Assembly (NCBI RefSeq): GCF_044324875.1
Contig: NZ_CP172185.1
Strand: one strand, 5' to 3'
DNA length: 64,000 nucleotides
Source of the DNA: Escherichia coli
Lineage (GTDB): Bacteria > Pseudomonadota > Gammaproteobacteria > Enterobacterales > Enterobacteriaceae
The notes beneath the pieces were generated by a model that was not told the DNA's origin, did not search any database, and saw nothing but the letters and a program-made list of their open reading frames with translations. Numbering within the stretch: position 1 is the stretch's first letter; every line of letters begins with the position of its first letter. The position numbers were made by a program, and so were the translations under genes. Of the stretch, positions 57,094 through 64,000 are shown piece after piece.

Positions 57094-57373
57094 AGTGTAT
57101 TACCTTTAATAATTAAGTGTGCCTTTCGGCGATATGGCGTGCTTTACAGATTTTGAAGCGTTAAAGGAATGTGCACTACGAGGGGTATCAACGATAACTC
57201 TTGAAGGGACTTGCCTTACTACACTGCTTTAATGGTCTGTACGTCAAACCGTTGATGTGCATTAAGCCACGCATTGGCGGGTGATGCAACAATTATTTTT
57301 CATATTTATGATTAATCGGTTGGAAAACGGTCCTGTCATCAGGACCGTAAACAGCAATAAAGTGGATAAAAGT

Positions 57374-57664
57374 CTATTCCATCAACTGCTTACTTAATGC
57401 CGGGTTGGCTTGAATCAAACGCATCAATTTTAGTTCGGCACTTGAAGGCTTCACGCGTCTGGATTCCCATTCCTTTACCATGGCGACTGATACGCCCAAA
57501 ACCCGGGCGAAATCATCGATTTTTAACCCTGTCCCTTTTCGTAACTGCTCAATTTCGGTACAGGACGTTGTTCTGTGCGTCAGGGTAATTTTCTGCGTTT
57601 CATCTTTAAAAACAATCTGTTCCAGGCTGCTCAACAGCTCATGCATTGGATCTTTATATTCCAT
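57374..57664 (-). CDS. yiaG: HTH-type (XRE-like) transcriptional regulator YiaG
   Basis: 96-aa ORF with HTH (LKIDDFARVLGVSVAMVKEWE). Confidence 0.85.
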   Translation of the reverse strand: MEYKDPMHELLSSLEQIVFKDETQKITLTHRTTSCTEIEQLRKGTGLKIDDFARVLGVSVAMVKEWESRRVKPSSAELKLMRLIQANPALSKQLME

Positions 57665-58097
57665 TGAAAACTCCTCAAATCACACTGCGGGATCGTGAAT
57701 TGCATCGAAGCTCATTAAGAATAGTCGGGAAAAACAGACACAGCGGGGTGAAGTCAGGGCATGCTCTGGCTATGATTCGATTCAGCCACTCATTTAGCGT
57801 GACTTATAGCCACCTAACGATCTGATAAATGCCGATATATCTCTTACCACTCCCGGTTTGTAAAGATTTCGAAAATCTAACGTTCTGAGAAGGCGTAAAT
57901 CTCTGGCTACAAAAAAAGCAACGTCACTATCATTTTTTAACAATGAAACAACAAATTAACCTTGTTTCATTTTCTCCATGATTTTACCAGGAAGATTACG
58001 TAGAAAGGGTATCCTGCAAGCCTGTCCTGGACTATCCTTGTCACGTCAGACACGCGTGTGTCGTTGTGCGCTTTTTTTGGGTGAAAGGAGTAAGAAA

Positions 58098-58808
58098 ATG
58101 GCGACAGGAAAGTCCTGCTCTCGCTGGTTTGCGTCTCTTGCGGCGTTATTAATGGTAGTTAGCCTGAGTGGGTGTTTTGATAAAGAAGGCGATCAGCGTA
58201 AAGCGTTTATCGACTTCCTGCAGAATACAGTGATGCGTAGCGGTGAACGTCTACCTACCCTGACTGCCGATCAGAAAAAACAGTTTGGTCCTTTTGTCTC
58301 TGATTACGCGATTCTGTATGGTTATTCTCAGCAGGTGAATCAGGCGATGGATTCCGGTCTGCGCCCGGTTGTAGACAGCGTTAACGCAATTCGCGTACCG
58401 CAGGATTACGTTACGCAAAGCGGCCCACTGCGTGAAATGAACGGTTCTCTGGGCGTACTGGCGCAACAGCTGCAAAATGCGAAGTTGCAGGCCGATGCTG
58501 CGCACTCTGCGCTAAAACAGAGCGATGACCTGAAACCGGTCTTCGATCAGGCATTCACCAAAGTGGTAACGACGCCAGCTGATGCGTTGCAACCATTGAT
58601 TCCGGCGGCACAAACTTTCACGCAACAACTGGTGATGGTTGGAGACTACATTGCTCAGCAAGGTACTCAGGTGAGCTTTGTCGCAAATGGCATCCAGTTC
58701 CCGACTTCGCAGCAGGCAAGTGAATATAACAAACTGATTGCGCCATTACCGGCACAGCATCAGGCGTTTAATCAGGCCTGGACTACAGCAGTTACTGCAA
58801 CCCAATAA
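58098..58808 (+). CDS. yiaF: Lipoprotein YiaF (DUF3053)
   Basis: Track ORF trimmed to ATG 58098 after aaggag SD; signal peptide with lipobox LSGC; 236 aa. Confidence 0.85.
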   Translation: MATGKSCSRWFASLAALLMVVSLSGCFDKEGDQRKAFIDFLQNTVMRSGERLPTLTADQKKQFGPFVSDYAILYGYSQQVNQAMDSGLRPVVDSVNAIRVPQDYVTQSGPLREMNGSLGVLAQQLQNAKLQADAAHSALKQSDDLKPVFDQAFTKVVTTPADALQPLIPAAQTFTQQLVMVGDYIAQQGTQVSFVANGIQFPTSQQASEYNKLIAPLPAQHQAFNQAWTTAVTATQ

Positions 58809-58857
58809 AGAGTAAAAGCCCGAGCGATTATCGGGCTTTACTCCACGCAGTCGCGGC

Positions 58858-59832
58858 TTAGTCCGCGACGTGCGGATTCACACAGTTCTTCTCAACCTTT
58901 CCTTGTAACGCATCAATCAAGTTATCCACGGCACAGGCGGCCATGCCATAACGCGTCTCATGAGTGGCAGATCCAATATGCGGTACTGCGACGACGTTGG
59001 CCATTGAGAGCAACGGCGAATCTACGGATAGTGGCTCTTGTTCGAAGACATCCAGCCCGGCAGCGTGAATTTCCCCTTTCTGCAATGCAGCAATCAGTGC
59101 ATTTTCATCAACCACCGGGCCACGTCCGGCATTAATGAATATGGCGGAGGATTTCATTTTGGCGAATTGTTCTGCGCCAAACAGATGATGCGTTTCATCA
59201 GTTAACGGCAGGATCAGGCAAACGAAATCTGACTCTTGTAACAGTGTATCCAAATCGCAGTAGCGGGCGTTGAAGCGTTCTTCTGCTTCTTTATGGTGGC
59301 GGCGCGCGTTATAGAGGATGGGCATATTGAAGCCAAAGTGCGCACGTTGTGCCAGCGCCATGCCGATCCGTCCCATCCCGACAATGCCCAGTGTTTTATG
59401 GTGAACGTCAGTGCCGTACCAGTCCGGGCCTATGCTCGCGGTCCATTCGCCTGCTTTTACTCGTTCTGCTACCTCCACAACCCGACGAGCGGTAGACAAC
59501 ACCAGCGCCATCAGCGTATCGGCGACGGTTTCTGTTAATACGGTTGGCGTGTGCATCAGCAGAATTTTTCGGGCGGTAAGCGCATCGACATCAAAATTGT
59601 CATAGCCTACGGAGATCGTTGATGTGGCACGCAGTTTCGGCATTTTTTCCAGCAATGCGGCATCAACATTCTCGTTTGAACCCAGTAAACCTTCAGCTTC
59701 GGCAAAAATTGCTGCATTTTGTTCGACGGTTTGTGGGCTGAGGTTTGCCACCTGGTGAACGGTGAAATGCTCTTGCAGGCGTTGCAGTAAATCATCAGGT
59801 AAGGCTTTGTAGAGGATAACGGACGGCTTCAT
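58858..59832 (-). CDS. ghrB: Glyoxylate/hydroxypyruvate reductase B (2-ketogluconate reductase)
   Basis: 324 aa from ATG 59830-59832 ([14 protein letters not shown]), D-2-hydroxyacid dehydrogenase NAD-binding GxGxxG. Confidence 0.9.
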   Translation of the reverse strand: MKPSVILYKALPDDLLQRLQEHFTVHQVANLSPQTVEQNAAIFAEAEGLLGSNENVDAALLEKMPKLRATSTISVGYDNFDVDALTARKILLMHTPTVLTETVADTLMALVLSTARRVVEVAERVKAGEWTASIGPDWYGTDVHHKTLGIVGMGRIGMALAQRAHFGFNMPILYNARRHHKEAEERFNARYCDLDTLLQESDFVCLILPLTDETHHLFGAEQFAKMKSSAIFINAGRGPVVDENALIAALQKGEIHAAGLDVFEQEPLSVDSPLLSMANVVAVPHIGSATHETRYGMAACAVDNLIDALQGKVEKNCVNPHVAD

Positions 59833-59935
59833 TCTTCTCTCCATTCACTGATAAGGCGATCACCTTAGCCTGAAATATGATGAAGGAAAACTGAAGAATG
59901 CCAGGTGATTTTTGCATCACCTGGCATGAAAGGGA

Positions 59936-60595
59936 TTACAGCGGGCTTAAGGTAATTTCTACACGGCGGTTTTGCGCCTTACCTTCTGCGGTGCTGTTGC
60001 TGGCGATTGGGTTAGCCGGGCCAAGGCCCTGAGTACGGATGCGGCTGGCGTCCACGCCCTGGGTGATCAACGCGCTGGCAACGGAATCCGCACGCTGCTG
60101 GGAGAGACGCATGTTCAGGTCGTGACCACCCGTGCTGTCGGTATAACCAATCACGTTAACCGCCGTTTTCGGATACTCTTTCAGTACCATTGCCACGCCG
60201 GTCAGGGTGTTAGCGCCCGCCGGTTTCAGGGTTGCGCTGCTGCTGTCGAAGGTCACATTGTTCGGCATATTGAGGATAATGTTATCCCCGCTGCGGGTTA
60301 CGCTAACACCAGTGCCGCGCATTTTGTCACGTAGCTTCGCTTCCTGCACATCCATGTAATAACCAACGCCGCCGCCCAGAGCTGCACCCGCTGCTGCGCC
60401 AATCAGCGCGCCTTTACCGCGATCTTTCTTCGAAGAAGAGAGCGCACCAATACCCGCGCCAACGAGAGAGCCCAGACCTGCGCCGATAGCAGATTTACCT
60501 GCTTCGCGTTCGCCGGTGTAAGGGTTAGTTGTACAGCCAGATACCGCCAGAGCGCCACTCACTACGGCGGCAATAAGATAAACACGTTTCTTCAT
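59936..60595 (-). CDS. yiaD: OmpA-domain lipoprotein
   Basis: 219-aa ORF, lipobox VSGC, Gly-rich linker, C-terminal OmpA-like peptidoglycan-binding domain. Confidence 0.9.
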   Translation of the reverse strand: MKKRVYLIAAVVSGALAVSGCTTNPYTGEREAGKSAIGAGLGSLVGAGIGALSSSKKDRGKGALIGAAAGAALGGGVGYYMDVQEAKLRDKMRGTGVSVTRSGDNIILNMPNNVTFDSSSATLKPAGANTLTGVAMVLKEYPKTAVNVIGYTDSTGGHDLNMRLSQQRADSVASALITQGVDASRIRTQGLGPANPIASNSTAEGKAQNRRVEITLSPL

Positions 60596-60747
60596 TGTTA
60601 ATCCTTAATAACCTTTTTATTCTTTGCCACGGGTTCCGTGGCGGGAGATTATGCCGCGTGAACATGAAGATTATTCCTGGGAATACTCGGAAATTTGTAA
60701 GTAATATTTAACTGCTCAATACATTTAACCTTTCAGGAGCCTTCGGT

Positions 60748-63081
60748 TTGGCCAACTCATCCTCACGATATTCCGTTCTGACTGCCGCCCACTGGGGGCC
60801 CATGCTGGTTGAAACCGACGGCGAAACCGTGTTTAGCTCGCGTGGCGCGTTAGCCACAGGAATGGAAAACTCCTTGCAGAGCGCGGTTCGCGACCAGGTT
60901 CACAGTAATACGCGGGTGCGATTTCCAATGGTGCGCAAAGGCTTTCTTGCGTCACCGGAAAATCCGCAAGGCATTCGTGGGCAGGATGAATTTGTTCGCG
61001 TGAGTTGGGATGAGGCGCTGGATCTCATCCATCATCAACATAAACGTATTCGTGAGGCTTATGGTCCGGCGTCGATTTTTGCGGGTTCCTACGGCTGGCG
61101 TTCAAACGGCGTGCTGCATAAGGCCTCGACATTATTACAACGCTATATGGCGCTGGCAGGCGGTTATACCGGGCATCTGGGGGATTATTCGACCGGTGCA
61201 GCACAGGCGATCATGCCGTATGTCGTGGGGGGCAGCGAAGTTTATCAACAGCAAACCAGTTGGCCGCTGGTGCTGGAACATAGCGATGTTGTGGTGCTGT
61301 GGAGTGCTAATCCACTCAATACGCTGAAAATTGCGTGGAATGCATCCGATGAGCAGGGGCTTTCTTACTTTTCCGCACTGCGTGACAGCGGGAAAAAGCT
61401 GATCTGCATTGATCCAATGCGATCGGAAACCGTCGATTTCTTTGGCGATAAAATGGAGTGGGTGGCACCGCACATGGGCACCGATGTTGCGCTGATGCTG
61501 GGGATCGCCCATACGCTGGTGGAAAATGGCTGGCACGACGAAGCGTTTCTGACGCGTTGCACCACAGGTTATGACGTCTTCGCCTCTTATTTGCTGGGCG
61601 AGAGCGACGGAATAGCGAAAACCGCCGAATGGGCGGCAGAGATTTGTGGTGTTGGCGCAGCGAAAATCCGCGAACTGGCGGCTCTTTTCTACCAAAATAC
61701 AACCATGCTGATGGCTGGCTGGGGAATGCAGCGCCAACAGTTTGGTGAGCAAAAACACTGGATGATCGTCACGCTGGCGGCAATGTTGGGGCAAATCGGC
61801 ACACCCGGCGGCGGTTTTGGACTTTCTTACCATTTTGCCAATGGTGGTAACCCCACGCGCCGCGCTGCGGTGCTCTCTTCCATGCAGGGCAGCTTGCCTG
61901 GCTGCACCGATGCGGTAGATAAAATCCCTGTTGCCCGCATTGTTGAAGCACTGGAAAACCCTGGTGGCGCATATCAACACAACGGTATGAACCGACATTT
62001 CCCGGATATTCGTTTTATCTGGTGGGCGGGCGGTGCCAACTTTACTCATCATCAGGATACCAATCGCCTGATCCGTGCCTGGCAAAAACCGGAGCTGGTG
62101 GTGATCTCTGAATGCTTCTGGACGGCGGCGGCGAAACACGCGGATATCGTTCTGCCTGCGACCACTTCGTTTGAGCGTAATGATCTCACCATGACCGGCG
62201 ATTACAGCAATCAGCATCTGGTGCCGATGAAACAAGTGGTGCCGCCACGTTATGAAGCGCGTAATGATTTTGATGTCTTTGCCGAGTTGAGTGAACGTTG
62301 GGAGAAGGGCGGCTATGCGCGGTTTACGGAAGGAAAAAGTGAGCTGCAATGGCTGGAAACGTTTTATAACGTTGCCCGGCAACGCGGGGCAAGCCAGCAG
62401 GTTGAATTGCCGCCATTTGCTGAGTTCTGGCAAGCCAACCAGTTAATTGAGATGCCGGAAAACCCGGACAGCGAGCGGTTTATTCGCTTCGCCGATTTTC
62501 GCCGCGATCCGCAGGCGCATCCATTAAAAACCGCCAGCGGTAAGATTGAAATATTCTCGCAGCGTATTGCCGATTATGGTTACCAGGATTGCCCTGGGCA
62601 TCCGATGTGGCTGGAGCCGGATGAGTGGCAGGGCAATGCCGAACCAGAACAGTTGCAGGTACTTTCTGCTCATCCGGCACATCGTCTGCACAGCCAGCTG
62701 AATTACAGTTCTCTGCGCGAATTGTACGCGGTGGCAAATCGTGAGCCTGTCACCATTCATCCTGACGATGCCCAGGCGCGCGGCATACAAGATGGCGATA
62801 TTGTTCGGTTGTGGAACGCACGCGGGCAAATTCTTGCCGGAGCGGTCATTAGCGAGGGAATTAAACCTGGCGTGATTTGTATTCATGAAGGGGCATGGCC
62901 GGATCTGGATTTAACCGCTGACGGTATTTGTAAAAACGGCGCGGTGAACGTTCTGACCAAAGATCTCCCCAGCTCGCGGCTGGGGAATGGCTGTGCGGGT
63001 AATACGGCACTGGCATGGCTGGAAAAATACAACGGTCCGGAACTGACACTTACAGCGTTTGAACCACCGGCCAGCTCATAA
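60748..63081 (+). CDS. bisC: Biotin sulfoxide reductase (molybdopterin oxidoreductase)
   Basis: 777-aa ORF beginning at TTG 60748, [19 protein letters not shown]..., DMSO-reductase family. Confidence 0.9.
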   Translation: MANSSSRYSVLTAAHWGPMLVETDGETVFSSRGALATGMENSLQSAVRDQVHSNTRVRFPMVRKGFLASPENPQGIRGQDEFVRVSWDEALDLIHHQHKRIREAYGPASIFAGSYGWRSNGVLHKASTLLQRYMALAGGYTGHLGDYSTGAAQAIMPYVVGGSEVYQQQTSWPLVLEHSDVVVLWSANPLNTLKIAWNASDEQGLSYFSALRDSGKKLICIDPMRSETVDFFGDKMEWVAPHMGTDVALMLGIAHTLVENGWHDEAFLTRCTTGYDVFASYLLGESDGIAKTAEWAAEICGVGAAKIRELAALFYQNTTMLMAGWGMQRQQFGEQKHWMIVTLAAMLGQIGTPGGGFGLSYHFANGGNPTRRAAVLSSMQGSLPGCTDAVDKIPVARIVEALENPGGAYQHNGMNRHFPDIRFIWWAGGANFTHHQDTNRLIRAWQKPELVVISECFWTAAAKHADIVLPATTSFERNDLTMTGDYSNQHLVPMKQVVPPRYEARNDFDVFAELSERWEKGGYARFTEGKSELQWLETFYNVARQRGASQQVELPPFAEFWQANQLIEMPENPDSERFIRFADFRRDPQAHPLKTASGKIEIFSQRIADYGYQDCPGHPMWLEPDEWQGNAEPEQLQVLSAHPAHRLHSQLNYSSLRELYAVANREPVTIHPDDAQARGIQDGDIVRLWNARGQILAGAVISEGIKPGVICIHEGAWPDLDLTADGICKNGAVNVLTKDLPSSRLGNGCAGNTALAWLEKYNGPELTLTAFEPPASS

Positions 63082-63490
63082 TCCAGGTGGGTAGTTGGGT
63101 TTCATCCTGCCATGCGCAGTCGACAATGTGAAAACCCTGCGCATGGTAAAAATCTATCGCCGGTTGATTTTTTTGATAAACCTCCAGCATCAGATGGGGA
63201 TGGCGCTGCTGCACATACTGCATTAGCGCCTTACCAATACCGCGTCTGACGGCCTTCGGTGCGACAAACATTGCAGCCAGAAATCGGCCTTCCATAATGC
63301 TGACAAAACCGAGAAGCTTACCGTCTTCTTCCCAGACCCAGTTTTGCGCGTTGGCAAGATAGGCATCCCGCACCAGCGGAATGCAATCACGCCAGTAATT
63401 CGCTTTTATAAAGGGATGCCCCCAGGTTGTACTTTCCAGCCACAGTTCGAGGATCGCGGGGAGTTCTGAACGTTGCGCTTCCCGAATCAT
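63050..63490 (-). CDS. yiaC: GNAT-family N-acetyltransferase
   Basis: 146-aa ORF with acetyl-CoA binding motif (RRGIGKALM); 3-prime end overlaps bisC by 32 bp on the opposite strand. Confidence 0.85.
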   Translation of the reverse strand: MIREAQRSELPAILELWLESTTWGHPFIKANYWRDCIPLVRDAYLANAQNWVWEEDGKLLGFVSIMEGRFLAAMFVAPKAVRRGIGKALMQYVQQRHPHLMLEVYQKNQPAIDFYHAQGFHIVDCAWQDETQLPTWIMSWPVVQTL

Positions 63491-64000
63491 GGTTTATTTC
63501 CCGGATAGCAACAGCAGCCAACCACATGATCATTCACCAGCCCACATGCCTGCATAAAGGAGTAACAGATTGTGGTACCAACAAACTTAAAACCACGCTT
63601 TTTCAGGGCTTTAGATAGAGCGTCGGAGGCGGGCGTAGATGTAGGGATTTCGCTCAACGTTGTGGCTTGTGTCACCTGTGGTTGATGATTGACAAACGAC
63701 CAGACAAAGTCGGCAAACGGTTCGCCGTTCTGTTCCATTTGCAGGTACGCCCGCGCATTACCAATAATTGCCTGAATTTTCCCGCGATGGCGGATAATCC
63801 CGGCGTCCTGTACCAGTCTTTCGACATCCTCTTCCTGCATTGCAGCCACCTTCACCGGATCGAACTGATGAAAGCTGGCGCGATAGTTTTCGCGTTTTTT
63901 GAGGACGGTGATCCACGATAATCCAGCCTGCTGCCCTTCAAGGCAGATCATTTCGAACAGTTTTTTACTGTCAGTTTCAGGCACGCCCCATTCATTATCA
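63487..64000 (-). CDS. tag: 3-methyladenine DNA glycosylase I, C-terminal part; N-terminus beyond the window end
   Basis: Minus-strand frame open to the window edge; ...PETDSKKLFEMICLEGQQAGLSWITVLKKRENYR... Confidence 0.85.
   Translation of the reverse strand, partial: DNEWGVPETDSKKLFEMICLEGQQAGLSWITVLKKRENYRASFHQFDPVKVAAMQEEDVERLVQDAGIIRHRGKIQAIIGNARAYLQMEQNGEPFADFVWSFVNHQPQVTQATTLSEIPTSTPASDALSKALKKRGFKFVGTTICYSFMQACGLVNDHVVGCCCYPGNKP

Noticed and set aside
57327-57348. Perfect 9-bp hairpin acggtcctg-tcat-caggaccgt downstream of yiaG as a terminator
   Set aside because: It is followed by only a 3-nt T-run on the yiaG strand and an A-rich tract on the other strand, too weak to call; it may still be an RNA stability element
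61135-62433. 432-aa minus-strand ORF
   Set aside because: Antisense to bisC, which has clear molybdopterin oxidoreductase features on the plus strand

Overview
Enterobacterial (Escherichia coli-type) chromosomal segment, read by eye from the sequence and the ORF track with no database searches. Gene order is: a partial trimeric autotransporter adhesin with an upstream lipoprotein, yibL, yibT, mtlRDA (minus strand), yibI-yibH, yibF, selAB, yiaY, aldB, yiaW-yiaV, yiaU, yiaT, a three-gene accessory sugar locus (AraC regulator, GPH symporter, GH127-like hydrolase), the sgbEUH-lyxK-yiaONM-(extra ORF)-yiaLK operon, yiaJ, a frameshifted ysaA, avtA, malS, bax, xylR/xylHGF/xylAB, yiaBA, wecH, ysaB, glyQS, a complete IS150 beside hokA, a YidD-like ORF, cspA, yiaG, yiaF, ghrB, yiaD, bisC, yiaC and a partial tag. 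No rRNA, tRNA or CRISPR array was seen. The content is not K-12-like in several places. The most interesting items are the accessory glycoside locus between yiaT and sgbE, an extra 306-aa ORF embedded between yiaL and yiaM, an 11-bp tandem duplication that frameshifts ysaA, the IS150 insertion with a 3-bp target duplication just upstream of mokA/hokA, a YidD-like cysteine-rich ORF next to cspA, and the adhesin with its SadB-like partner. Gene names are assigned from recalled protein families and synteny; several track ORFs begin at non-ATG codons or upstream of the likely true start and were trimmed accordingly.
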